A stretch of 64,000 bases of DNA from an uncultured virus (IMG/VR IMGVR_UViG_3300032323_003710) (lineage: Duplodnaviria; Heunggongvirae; Uroviricota; Caudoviricetes). Position numbers and translations under genes: made by a program. The stretch lies in IMG/VR virus record IMGVR_UViG_3300032323_003710, one strand, 5' to 3'. Below the pieces are notes generated by a model that made no database searches, was not told the DNA's origin, and saw only the letters and a program-made list of their open reading frames with translations. Positions 28,779 through 38,185 of the stretch are shown piece after piece. The number at the start of each line of letters is the position of its first letter. Position 1 is the first letter of the stretch.

Positions 28779-29239
28779 CATACTATATAACATATTTAAA
28801 AGATACAATTGGAAATAACTATTTAGGTATTAAAATACCTAATGATGTTGTTAATCCATTCTTGGATGACTTAAAAGAAATCCTTGGTGATGATTTTGAT
28901 ACCTATACTGAAAATCAAAAGAGAAGAGACCATGATGCTTACCACATCACGGTAATGAATGTAATGGACTATAATAGACTTGCTAAAGAAGTAGGTGTGG
29001 AAAATTTTATTAACTCATTAGAAACAGTTTTAAATTATGAAATAGATGATTTAGAAATGTTGGGTGTTGGTACTGCAGAAAAAGGAGGTAATAGAACTTA
29101 CTTTGTTGTTTGTAATTCTGATAAGTTAGATGCTGTTAGAACAAGATTTGGATTGGGTAAACAAGACTTTCATACTACTTTAGGATTTAAAGATAAGGAT
29201 GTTTTTGGTGTACCTAAAAATAAAATAATTGAAAAATAA
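28775..29239 (+). CDS. 2H phosphoesterase (Swiss-Army-knife type)
   Basis: Two HxT motifs (HITV, HTTL), followed by GF...DVFGVPK. Confidence 0.85.
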   Translation: MTYYITYLKDTIGNNYLGIKIPNDVVNPFLDDLKEILGDDFDTYTENQKRRDHDAYHITVMNVMDYNRLAKEVGVENFINSLETVLNYEIDDLEMLGVGTAEKGGNRTYFVVCNSDKLDAVRTRFGLGKQDFHTTLGFKDKDVFGVPKNKIIEK

Positions 29240-29299
29240 TTAAACTTTTTATAAATTAAAAATAATAAGGTTAACTAAAATAAAAAATAAAAGTAAATT

Positions 29300-29575
29300 A
29301 TGAATGAATTAGGAACAATATGGAACCTTGATGAATGTATCGATCAAAGACTGATAACAACTAAGTTAAAACAACTTGAGAAAGATGGTAAAATAGATTT
29401 CAAAGTATCTGGAGATATTTTAAAGATTGAAGACATTGACTTAGAAGATAGTGATATTGATACTTTAATTAAATTATTTGAAGACAATGATGTTTTTGAA
29501 GAACCAGATTATGAAGATGAATTTGGTGATAACTCAGATGATGATGGTTTTGCAGACTATGATGATGAATATTAA
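29300..29575 (+). CDS. Small acidic hypothetical protein
   Basis: D/E-rich C-terminus. Confidence 0.75.
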   Translation: MNELGTIWNLDECIDQRLITTKLKQLEKDGKIDFKVSGDILKIEDIDLEDSDIDTLIKLFEDNDVFEEPDYEDEFGDNSDDDGFADYDDEY

Positions 29576-29604
29576 AAAAAAACCCACTAATTAGTGGGTT
29601 TTTA
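29575..29604. terminator. Bidirectional intrinsic terminator
   Basis: AAAAAAACCCACTA-at-TAGTGGGTTTTT. Confidence 0.8.
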
Positions 29605-29607
29605 TTT

Positions 29608-30621
29608 TTATAATACTGATTTTACTGTTTTAATAATTCTTGCTGCAATTTTGTATGGATCACCATTTGATGCAGGTCTTCTATCTTCTAAATATCCTTT
29701 CCATCCATTTTGTACTGTATAAAGAGGAATTCTAATTGATGCACCTCTATCAGATATACCATAAGAAAAGTCATTTATAGATGCAGTTTCATGTTTTCCA
29801 GTTAGACGTTGGTCATTGTGAGCACCATATACTGCAATGTGTTCATTTACAACAGGTCTAAAAGCTTCACAAATTTTATCATAAACTTCTTTATCACCAC
29901 AAGTTCTTAAAACTTCATTAGAGAAGTTAGCATGCATTCCAGACCCATTCCAATCTGTATCACCTAAAGGTTTAGGATGATATTCAATATAGTAACCATA
30001 TTTTTCAGTTAAACGATCTAATAGATAACGAGCAACCCATATTTCATCACCTGCTTTCTTTGCACCTTTTGCAAATAATTGAAATTCCCATTGACCACAT
30101 GCAACTTCTTGATTTATACCTTCAAAGTTAAGTCCAGCTGCAATACATAAATCTGCATGTTCTTCTACTAATCTTCTTCCATGAGTGTTTTTTCCACCAA
30201 CTGAACAGTAATACATTCCTTGTGGTGCAGGATAACCGCCTATTGGAAATCCTAATGGTAGTAAAGTTTTTGTATCCATTATGAAATATTCTTGTTCAAA
30301 ACCAAACCAGAAATCTCCATCATCATCAATAGTAGATCTACCATTTGATGGATGTGGAGTTCCATCTGCATACATAACTTCTGTCATAACTAAATAACCA
30401 TTCAAACGAGTAGGGTCAGGGTAAATTGCAACAGGAACTAATAAACAATCTGATGAACCACCTTCTGCTTGTTTTGTTGATGAACCATCAAAAGACCAAT
30501 TTCCTATTTCTTCTAATGTTCCTTTAAAGTCTTGATGTTCTTCTACCTTAGTTTTACTTCTAAGATTTTGAGTTGGTTCATATCCATCTAACCAAATATA
30601 TTCTAATTTTATTTTTGTCAT
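29608..30621 (-). CDS. glnII: Glutamine synthetase type II
   Basis: EYIWLDG, LRSKT, WSFDGSST, FGFEQEY, GINQEV..GQWEFQ, DWNGSGMHANFS, RLTGKHET, RGASIRIP, YLEDRRPASN. Confidence 0.95.
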   Translation of the reverse strand: MTKIKLEYIWLDGYEPTQNLRSKTKVEEHQDFKGTLEEIGNWSFDGSSTKQAEGGSSDCLLVPVAIYPDPTRLNGYLVMTEVMYADGTPHPSNGRSTIDDDGDFWFGFEQEYFIMDTKTLLPLGFPIGGYPAPQGMYYCSVGGKNTHGRRLVEEHADLCIAAGLNFEGINQEVACGQWEFQLFAKGAKKAGDEIWVARYLLDRLTEKYGYYIEYHPKPLGDTDWNGSGMHANFSNEVLRTCGDKEVYDKICEAFRPVVNEHIAVYGAHNDQRLTGKHETASINDFSYGISDRGASIRIPLYTVQNGWKGYLEDRRPASNGDPYKIAARIIKTVKSVL

Positions 30622-30641
30622 AAATCAAATTATTTTTAAAA

Positions 30642-30669
30642 ATTATATAATAAAAAGTAAAAATTGTTT
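30642..30669 (-). promoter_or_regulatory. Class B promoter candidate
   Basis: AAAC-N18-TATAAT upstream of glnII. Confidence 0.55.
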
Positions 30670-30788
30670 TGGTGGAACTAAAAAAAGAAGTATCTTTGTC
30701 AAACAAATGAGAAACATATTAACTCTCACAAACAAATAAAAAATAATTAAAATAAAGTTTGTAGAATTAAAAAAGTTCCTTATCTTTG
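30668..30788 (+). promoter_or_regulatory. Two tandem Bacteroidota-type promoters
   Basis: TTTG-N19-TATCTTTG at 30668-30698 and at 30758-30788. Confidence 0.75.
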
Positions 30789-30836
30789 TAGAAGAAATAA
30801 AAACACTAACACTAACACTTAAAAATATAAAACACT

Positions 30837-31460
30837 ATGAGTTTATTTGCAAAAGCCAAAACAGCAGCACCAGTTAAAACAACAGCAGGAAAAGATGAAA
30901 AAGTAAGAATTAAAATTCAAGATCCTTCTTTCTTTGACAAAGTTGAAAAACTTGAAGTATTATTAGATAACCAAAAAAGAGACAAGGCAAAATCTGATAT
31001 GCTTAATGATGAGCTAAAAGACTTAGCAAGAGACGAGTGGGCTAAATTATATGACAAAACTGGTAAAAATCCAGAGTCTGTAATGTTAGAGTATGTTAAA
31101 GAAGAGAATGATGATACTGCTCAATTTATGTTTATCCCAACAGATAAATATATCACTATCACACCTGCAAGAGCAGAAGAGTTACAAGACCTTTATGGTG
31201 AGACTATTGTAGAAGAGAAAACAGTTTTCTCTTTTGACAATGCAATGATTGAGAAGTATGGTGAGATTATCTCAAGAATGATTGAAGAAAGTACTGAGAT
31301 TGCTGAGAAAGATAAAGAAAAAATCATCAAAGCAACTACTTCATTCTCAGTTGCTAAAGGAACAATTGACAACTTCTCTAAGTTAGGAAATGTTCAAGAA
31401 TTGATGGAAGCTACTAAACCAGTAGTAATGTTGAAAAACATTGGTGTTATCAAAGGATAA
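30837..31460 (+). CDS. Hypothetical (probably highly expressed early) protein
   Basis: Tandem host-type promoters; followed by hairpin 31489-31517. Confidence 0.8.
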   Translation: MSLFAKAKTAAPVKTTAGKDEKVRIKIQDPSFFDKVEKLEVLLDNQKRDKAKSDMLNDELKDLARDEWAKLYDKTGKNPESVMLEYVKEENDDTAQFMFIPTDKYITITPARAEELQDLYGETIVEEKTVFSFDNAMIEKYGEIISRMIEESTEIAEKDKEKIIKATTSFSVAKGTIDNFSKLGNVQELMEATKPVVMLKNIGVIKG

Positions 31461-31549
31461 TAATAAACTCTTAATTGAGTATGTAATAAGTACCCAAACA
31501 ACTGGAGTTTGGGTACTCACAAAAAAGATTGAAGATTTACAGAAATAAA

Positions 31550-31580
31550 TTTGGTAGATTAAAAATAAGTAGTAACTTTG
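31550..31580 (+). promoter_or_regulatory. Bacteroidota-type promoter TTTG-N19-TAACTTTG
   Basis: Upstream of AAA ATPase. Confidence 0.7.
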
Positions 31581-31612
31581 TACAATAATTAATAAAAAAA
31601 TAAAAAACAGAT

Positions 31613-32755
31613 ATGTCAGAAAAAATGAAATTAAAATTGATGCCAGCAGAAATGCAAGAAGCCTTAGCAGGCTTGACTTTGAAAGAGAGAAAATATTTCT
31701 CTATTATGTGGGCTAAGTATGGTGTTCTTAACATCACATCTAAACCTGGAGTTGCAAAATCTGCAATTGGTAGAGCCATTGCTGATAAAATGAACTTTAG
31801 ATATATGGATATCCGTTTATCTATGGTTGATGAAACAGATGTTGGTTTATATCCAAATGTATCAGAAGTGATGGTTGATGGTGCACCAGTAAAATGTTTA
31901 GACTTTGTTGTTCCTCGTTGGGCAATTGAAGCTAACAAACAACCTACTATCATCCACTTTGAAGAGTTGAATAGAGCTTCACAACAAGTTCGAAATGCTG
32001 CACTTCAAATCTTGTTAGAGCGTCAGATTGGTACTGACTTCAAATTTAATGAGAATGTATTAATGATGTCTTCTGGTAACTTAGGTGATGAAGATGGTAC
32101 TGATGTTGAAGAGTTTGATAATGCATTGAACAATCGTTTAATTCACATTAGTCACACTTTGGGTGTTGATGAATGGATTGATGGTTTTGCTGCAGAGAAA
32201 TGTCACCCAATGATTGTTTCTTTCATCAAGTCACACCCAGAGCAAATGTACAAAGATCCTACAGAGAGTGCTAAAGGGTATGCAACACCTCGTTCTTGGA
32301 CTATGTTGTCAGAGTTTATTCTTTGTAACTATGGTTTTGACTCTTCACCAAGAGAGTTCTTACCTTTACTTAGAGAGGTGGCATCTGGCTACTTGGGTAA
32401 CTCAGCAATGAAGTTCATCCAGTATTGTCAAGATATGTTGAATGTTAACATTGAAGATGTTATCAACAACTATGACAAAGTGAAAAAAGAGCTTGAGAAA
32501 TACAACAGAGACAAGAACTCTGAGCTTATCCAGGCTTTAAGAGAGAAAGATGTGACTAAGTTCACAGAAAAACAACTTGACAATGTGTACAAGTTCTTGG
32601 AGAGAGTTGGTGATGATGAAAAGACTGCATACTTGTTATACATCTTAGACAACATTGCTGATGTAACAAACCCTAAATTGAAAGCATTCTTGCTAAAATT
32701 TGAGCCTTTGTTAAAAACTATCAAGAAAATCAACAAACCTGGTAGTGCAAGATAA
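31613..32755 (+). CDS. MoxR-like AAA+ ATPase
   Basis: Walker A SKPGVAKS, Walker B IIHFEELNRA, SSGN sensor, NALNNRL, TPRSW. Confidence 0.88.
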   Translation: MSEKMKLKLMPAEMQEALAGLTLKERKYFSIMWAKYGVLNITSKPGVAKSAIGRAIADKMNFRYMDIRLSMVDETDVGLYPNVSEVMVDGAPVKCLDFVVPRWAIEANKQPTIIHFEELNRASQQVRNAALQILLERQIGTDFKFNENVLMMSSGNLGDEDGTDVEEFDNALNNRLIHISHTLGVDEWIDGFAAEKCHPMIVSFIKSHPEQMYKDPTESAKGYATPRSWTMLSEFILCNYGFDSSPREFLPLLREVASGYLGNSAMKFIQYCQDMLNVNIEDVINNYDKVKKELEKYNRDKNSELIQALREKDVTKFTEKQLDNVYKFLERVGDDEKTAYLLYILDNIADVTNPKLKAFLLKFEPLLKTIKKINKPGSAR

Positions 32756-32774
32756 AAATTGAAAAATTTTTAGT

Positions 32775-32808
32775 GAGAGAAGTACCAAAAGTACTTCTCT
32801 CTTTTTTT
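32775..32808 (+). terminator. Intrinsic terminator
   Basis: GAGAGAAGTAC-caaaa-GTACTTCTCTC-TTTTTTT. Confidence 0.85.
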
Positions 32809-32840
32809 AAACAAATATGTTTCATTTTAATACAACTAAT

Positions 32841-33074
32841 ATGGTTGAAATTCAAATGATAGTTATAAATGATTTTGGTGAGTTTAAAGGTAGAAAAACA
32901 ATACTCACAATAGAAGATTGTAACAGTTTTCTAACAATGTGTAAAAATTTTCATTCTGCTGGAGGTTTTGATTTAACTTGTGAAGATGGAACATTTATGG
33001 TTTTTGCACCACAAATTGTGCAAAAATCTATATTAAAGATTAATAAAAGAATAATAGAAAAAGAAAATGTATAG
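32841..33074 (+). CDS. Hypothetical protein
   Basis: Start probably MVEIQM (32841) after AAAC-N18-TACAAC. Confidence 0.65.
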   Translation: MVEIQMIVINDFGEFKGRKTILTIEDCNSFLTMCKNFHSAGGFDLTCEDGTFMVFAPQIVQKSILKINKRIIEKENV

Positions 33075-33705
33075 AAACAAATTTAAGAAGTTTGGTGGAG
33101 AAATGATACCAGACATCATAGAGTACTTAAAAGAAATAATAGAAAGAGAACCAACATCTACAATTAGTGTGGGTTGTGACTCTATTCAAGTACGTAGAAG
33201 AACAATCTATGCAGTTACAGTAATGACCTATAATACAGACCTAAAAAATGGTGCTCACGTAGTTTTCTTTAGAGAATCTTGTCCTAAAATTAGAGACACA
33301 CAAGAAAGATTATACAAAGAAGCACAATACTTACATGATGTTGGAACATTCATCAATGATGAATTAGAGAAGTTTTACATAAGAACAGACATAACTGATA
33401 TAGAAAGACGTAAATATAAATATCACCTCTTAAAATCAGCTGGTGAGTTTTCTGAGACCTTACTTCACAATGAAGAAGGTGTTATGAATAACTTAACCTT
33501 AACTGATGCAGACAGAGTTGAAGTTAAACAGATTGATTTACATGTTGACTTTAATCCATTTCCTGGATCAACTAATAGAAATAGATCTTACATAGCTTAT
33601 AAAAGTTATGTTCCTTGGTTAAGAGGTTTAGGTTTTAGAGTATGGTGTAAACCACTTGCATACAGTGCAACATCAGCAGCAGACCTTTTATTAAAGAATA
33701 ATTAA
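33067..33705 (+). CDS. RNase H-like YkuK (DUF458) family protein
   Basis: ISVGCDS, ERLYKEA, LHVDFN, KPLAYSATSAAD. Confidence 0.8.
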   Translation: MYRNKFKKFGGEMIPDIIEYLKEIIEREPTSTISVGCDSIQVRRRTIYAVTVMTYNTDLKNGAHVVFFRESCPKIRDTQERLYKEAQYLHDVGTFINDELEKFYIRTDITDIERRKYKYHLLKSAGEFSETLLHNEEGVMNNLTLTDADRVEVKQIDLHVDFNPFPGSTNRNRSYIAYKSYVPWLRGLGFRVWCKPLAYSATSAADLLLKNN

Positions 33706-33708
33706 ACA

Positions 33709-34041
33709 ATGATAATAAATACAATTATATTAAGTAAGTTTGGTTGGGTTGAACGTAGTTTCTTTTGGAATAAACCATTTGCAATTACAGATTTACAACA
33801 CAAAGATATAAAATATGATTTTTTGGATAAGTTCTTTATAATACAAAATCCTGATACTATGGCATACTTCTTTGTCATAGTGAAGGATGAAGATATAGTA
33901 AAGAAAGAAGTAGAGCTTACAAAATGTGAAATGTTTTTAATAAAAACAAATCAAGAACTATTCAAACTGATAATAAAACATGAAGCATTTTCAGAAGATT
34001 ATCAAAGACACTTTAGAATTAACAAAATATTAAAACAATAA
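33709..34041 (+). CDS. Hypothetical protein with RD-type tag
   Basis: Ends YQRHFRINKILKQ. Confidence 0.7.
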   Translation: MIINTIILSKFGWVERSFFWNKPFAITDLQHKDIKYDFLDKFFIIQNPDTMAYFFVIVKDEDIVKKEVELTKCEMFLIKTNQELFKLIIKHEAFSEDYQRHFRINKILKQ

Positions 34042-34629
34042 ATGAAAAGAAAATTAGTAAAAGTATTAGGATTATCATATAGTCAAAGTCAAACAGGATC
34101 GTATGTATTAGTTTTAGCAGAGAATAAAGGTAAAGGTAAACTACCTGTAATTATCAAACCAAATGAAGCTCAAAGAATAGCTTTAGAAGCAGAAGGTATT
34201 AAATCACCAAGACCTCTAACACATGACTTATTAAAGTCTATGAGTGACTCTTATGGTGTTAATGTGAAAGAAGTTTTTATTCACTCTTTAGCAGAAGGTA
34301 TATTTTATGCTAAGATGGTTACAGAAGACAAAAATCAAGAAATTGAAATTGAATGTTCTGTAGGTGATGCAGTTATCCTATCATATGTTTACAAATGTCC
34401 TATCTATGTTGCAATGAGTGTTATGAATGCAGCAGGTGTTTATATGAATGATGATGGAACTCCTGTAGATGTAATTGAAGAAGATGAAGTAGTTGAAGAA
34501 CCTAAGGCTGTTGTATCTATTGAGAACTTAGAGAGAGCTTTAGAAGATGCAGTCAGAAATGAAGAGTATGAAATTGCTGCTCAAGTGAGAGATAGAATTA
34601 ATGAACTGAAAAATCAATCACAAGAATAA
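34042..34629 (+). CDS. Bifunctional nuclease (BFN/DUF151) domain + C-terminal UVR domain
   Basis: LPVII...EAQRIA, RPLTHDL, EGIFYA, DAV..S...CPIYV; EEYEIAAQVRDRI. Confidence 0.88.
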   Translation: MKRKLVKVLGLSYSQSQTGSYVLVLAENKGKGKLPVIIKPNEAQRIALEAEGIKSPRPLTHDLLKSMSDSYGVNVKEVFIHSLAEGIFYAKMVTEDKNQEIEIECSVGDAVILSYVYKCPIYVAMSVMNAAGVYMNDDGTPVDVIEEDEVVEEPKAVVSIENLERALEDAVRNEEYEIAAQVRDRINELKNQSQE

Positions 34630-34633
34630 CAAT

Positions 34634-34658
34634 AAACCCACTATTAAGTGGGTTTTTT
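34634..34658 (+). terminator. Intrinsic terminator
   Basis: AAACCCACT-atta-AGTGGGTTTTTT. Confidence 0.8.
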
Positions 34659-34740
34659 ATTTTTCTGTAATAATTTCTATTAAAAAGTAAAAAAAATGAC
34701 TTTTTAAACTAAATATATAATAAAAAATAAATTTATTAAA

Positions 34741-35277
34741 ATGAAAAAATTTAAACACATAAAATTATTTGAATCTTTTGTTAATGAGGAATTATCACCT
34801 GAACTTAAAAAAAGAACTTATGATGAAATGATAAAAATTGCAAATGACCCAAATGCAATTGATAATTTAAAGAGACGTAATCAAGCAAATAATGTAATGA
34901 GTTCTTTAACACCTGCAGTTGAAAAACTAAAAAGTGAGTTAGAGAGTCATGCTAGGAAAGTTTTTCCGGATGCAACAAAAGAAATTAATGTTATAGTAAA
35001 TGACTATGGTCTATCAAATTACAGTTCCACTTCTAAAGGTTATGTGAGTCTGTTTGTGACGATTGGAGATGTGGAGCTTCTATATTTATCAATAAGTAAA
35101 GATAAATATGAAAAAGGTAAGGATAAAGGAAGTGCAACAGGACAACTTTTGGGAGATAGAGCCTTTGTAAATACACTTAAAAAACTAATTGTTCAAATAC
35201 AAAAAGATGAAATCCCAGGTGATGAACAAGTTTCAGAACAACCTGAATCTATTACACCAGAAGGTAATATTGTTTAA
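34741..35277 (+). CDS. Hypothetical protein with KHIKLFE tag, distant member of paralog family
   Basis: MKKFKHIKLFESFVNEELSPEL; AATATATA 34712-34719. Confidence 0.8.
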   Translation: MKKFKHIKLFESFVNEELSPELKKRTYDEMIKIANDPNAIDNLKRRNQANNVMSSLTPAVEKLKSELESHARKVFPDATKEINVIVNDYGLSNYSSTSKGYVSLFVTIGDVELLYLSISKDKYEKGKDKGSATGQLLGDRAFVNTLKKLIVQIQKDEIPGDEQVSEQPESITPEGNIV

Positions 35278-35297
35278 GTTAATTCAAATAGAATATA

Positions 35298-35325
35298 AAA
35301 AACCCACTTAATAGTGGGTTTTTTA
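35298..35325. terminator. Bidirectional intrinsic terminator
   Basis: AAAAACCCACT-taat-AGTGGGTTTTT. Confidence 0.8.
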
Positions 35326-36159
35326 TTAGTTAAAGTCTTCAAAACTTTTTAAGTTTTCAAACTTATATTTTGTTTTCATTTCAGCAACTTTTCTTTTTGC
35401 TGTTGCTAATTCATTTTCTAATGCTACTCTACTTGGATCCTGTTTAGACATTTTAGATAATTGTTCTTCTCTTTGTTTAATTGTTTGTTTTAATGTATTA
35501 TAAAGATTTCCTTTTGGATGACCTGCAGTATTATCTTTTTTAGGTCCTGAACCAGTACCAGTACTACCACCACTTTTATAACCTGATGATGAAGAAGATC
35601 CTCCATAACTATTATATCTATCATAACCAGACTTCTGAGGTCTTGTGCGACCTTTATCAATCATTTCATTGAATAAAGAGATAAACTTTGATGTCCATAT
35701 AGAACCAAGTGTATAAGTAGTGTCTCCCCATTCTAAACAATATCTGCTATCATTTGCTTTTTTATAAAATTTAATAATTTTACCATTCTCAAATCTATAG
35801 TTACATGCATTTTCACCATTTATTCTAGGAGTTACAATTTTATCTGAATAAGGATTAGCACTAAAGTCAGAAATCATTGATCTATAAAGAGTATTAAGTT
35901 CTCTCTCAATCTGGTCTTGTTCTTCTTGTTTTCTTCTAACATCTTCTCTTGCTTGTTGATCTCTTCTAGCTTGTTCTTGTCTTTCTCTAGATTTCTGTCT
36001 TTCATCAGCTTGACGTTTAAGTTCAGCTTGTTTCTCTTTTTCAAGTTTAGCTGCTCTTTTTTTAGATGGTTCACCTTTAATATCTTCACCTGTATTGATT
36101 TCATAATCAACAAAGTTTCTTAACCATTTAGGACTTCTATATTTTGCTTCATTTATCAT
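35326..36159 (-). CDS. Coiled-coil hypothetical protein with C-terminal NLKSFE motif
   Basis: AATATATA 36164-36171; ends KFENLKSFEDFN. Confidence 0.8.
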   Translation of the reverse strand: MINEAKYRSPKWLRNFVDYEINTGEDIKGEPSKKRAAKLEKEKQAELKRQADERQKSRERQEQARRDQQAREDVRRKQEEQDQIERELNTLYRSMISDFSANPYSDKIVTPRINGENACNYRFENGKIIKFYKKANDSRYCLEWGDTTYTLGSIWTSKFISLFNEMIDKGRTRPQKSGYDRYNSYGGSSSSSGYKSGGSTGTGSGPKKDNTAGHPKGNLYNTLKQTIKQREEQLSKMSKQDPSRVALENELATAKRKVAEMKTKYKFENLKSFEDFN

Positions 36160-36174
36160 ATTCTATATATTATT

Positions 36175-36573
36175 TTAATAATATCCTTTTCCAACAACTG
36201 AATGTCTAACTCCACCTTTTGGATTATCAACATCACCTGTATATCTTGGTATTAAATGACAATGAAACTGCATAACTGTTTGTCCTGCAGATAAACCACA
36301 ATTCATTCCAATGTTATATCCATCTGGTGAATATTCACCTTCAATAATTTCTTTTGCTTTATCCAACATAAGTGAAAGTTTATTTTTCTTACTTTGACTT
36401 AACTCAAAATAATCTCTTTCTGGACCATTAGTTATTATTAGTGTATGTCCTGGACTTGTTGGGAATCCATCATACATAATAAAAAAATCATCATCAATAT
36501 ATAATATCTTTTCATCTTCAATCATAAGATGTCCAAACTTTACTGATTCATTTAACATAGAAAACTTCTTCAT
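36175..36573 (-). CDS. HIT-family hydrolase
   Basis: PGHTLII, DGYNIGMN.G..AGQTV, QFHCHLIPR (first triad His replaced by Gln). Confidence 0.88.
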   Translation of the reverse strand: MKKFSMLNESVKFGHLMIEDEKILYIDDDFFIMYDGFPTSPGHTLIITNGPERDYFELSQSKKNKLSLMLDKAKEIIEGEYSPDGYNIGMNCGLSAGQTVMQFHCHLIPRYTGDVDNPKGGVRHSVVGKGYY

Positions 36574-36590
36574 ACTAATATATATTAAAT

Positions 36591-36938
36591 ATGAAACTTG
36601 AAATTAATGAAGTGTATCACCAATATATTGTAAGAATTGTAATCTTTGCTCTTTTTACATTTAAAAGACAGATTAGACAACCTAATGTTTATAAACAATC
36701 TGTGTATAGTTTTGTTGAAAAAAGATTACCCTGGAAAATCAATTTACTAATTGATACTGGTGAAAAATTATCTAAAGAAGATGAAAGAGATTTAATCTTA
36801 GAAGAACTACTTAATGATAAAAAAGTTGATTTCTTAAAGTATGTTTGTGTTATATTTACAACACCACTTAAACAAGACTGTATGATGGAGATTGATTTGA
36901 CTGATGAAAAGAAGTATGAACATTATCTTTATTCTTGA
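36591..36938 (+). CDS. Hypothetical protein with internal RD-type motif
   Basis: DERDLILEELL. Confidence 0.6.
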   Translation: MKLEINEVYHQYIVRIVIFALFTFKRQIRQPNVYKQSVYSFVEKRLPWKINLLIDTGEKLSKEDERDLILEELLNDKKVDFLKYVCVIFTTPLKQDCMMEIDLTDEKKYEHYLYS

Positions 36939-38185
36939 GGTTCAAAGTATATTTTAACTATATCATAGTGTTCATTATCATATTCATAACCACCTAATCT
37001 TTTAGTAATACTATCTAATTTATCCTCAACATCACTATAATTACTACCATTATCCTCAAACTCTACTTTAATATAATCATCATAGAAAGTAATACCATCC
37101 ACATCTAAACCATCTGAATTAAATACATCTATAATCTGTTCTCTTGTAAATGCACTTTGTAAACTTTTATTACTTATCTTAACTTTAGGTTTAGTAAATA
37201 CAAATCTTATGTGATAAAATCTATGTTCACCTGCACTATCATCATCAGGACTTGCAAAGAAATCTGTTAAAGTCCAACCCTTATTTGCTATATCTTCTAT
37301 AGTAACAACCATATCATTTATAATAGTTGCAAAATCCTCAAAACTTAAACTTGTTTTACTATTGGTTACTTCTAATGTGAATTTACTAGATCTGTTATTA
37401 CCAATATCTTTAGATAACATAAAGTTCTTATACTTATCTGTTTCTTTATCAATATCATCTGTACTTAAATATCTTTCATCTTGATCATAAAAGTTTATTA
37501 AGAAACCATCATCTATTACTGCAATTGCACTTAGGTAAGCATCTTTAATACTGAACTCTCTATTATCTACATTCTCAACATATCTATCTGCTTTTCTTTT
37601 AAGAATTTTTTGACCATCATACTTCATAAACTTATACTTACCATCAATATTGTAAACAATATAATAAGTATCTGGATTTAAACTTGAGAAATATTTCATA
37701 TTTGTGAATTGTTCTGAATATATGTTTTTTATAACATCTTCTGGAACATTTCTTTCTCTTTGTAAATTTTGTTTCAATGATAAGTCTAAAGTACCAACTA
37801 AATGCACATAAACAATATTGTAGCCATTATCTCTTGCTTCTTTTGTGACACTCTCAACATTCTGTTTTTTTACTCCAGTTGTATCATAAATGAATGAACC
37901 ACCTGATTTTATAAACATAAAAAGTTTTTTAATATTAAGTTCAGAAGATCCTCTTCTGTAAACATCATGTTGTTTAGTTAATGTTAAGGAAACATCATCT
38001 GTTGAAAATATCTTAATATTCTGATTTTTATGAGTAATATAATTTTTTGCAAATGTTGACTTACCAATACCTGGTGCACCAATTAAAACTATTCCTAATT
38101 TACCACCTTGTGTTATTTCAGGTATTGGATCATTTTTACTGTTCTCAAGAATTATAAACTTATCATAACTATTTAGATATATCAT
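36929..38185 (-). CDS. P-loop kinase (AAA_33/PNK/zeta-like) fused to unknown C-terminal domain
   Basis: [30 protein letters not shown]. Confidence 0.8.
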   Translation of the reverse strand: MIYLNSYDKFIILENSKNDPIPEITQGGKLGIVLIGAPGIGKSTFAKNYITHKNQNIKIFSTDDVSLTLTKQHDVYRRGSSELNIKKLFMFIKSGGSFIYDTTGVKKQNVESVTKEARDNGYNIVYVHLVGTLDLSLKQNLQRERNVPEDVIKNIYSEQFTNMKYFSSLNPDTYYIVYNIDGKYKFMKYDGQKILKRKADRYVENVDNREFSIKDAYLSAIAVIDDGFLINFYDQDERYLSTDDIDKETDKYKNFMLSKDIGNNRSSKFTLEVTNSKTSLSFEDFATIINDMVVTIEDIANKGWTLTDFFASPDDDSAGEHRFYHIRFVFTKPKVKISNKSLQSAFTREQIIDVFNSDGLDVDGITFYDDYIKVEFEDNGSNYSDVEDKLDSITKRLGGYEYDNEHYDIVKIYFEPQE

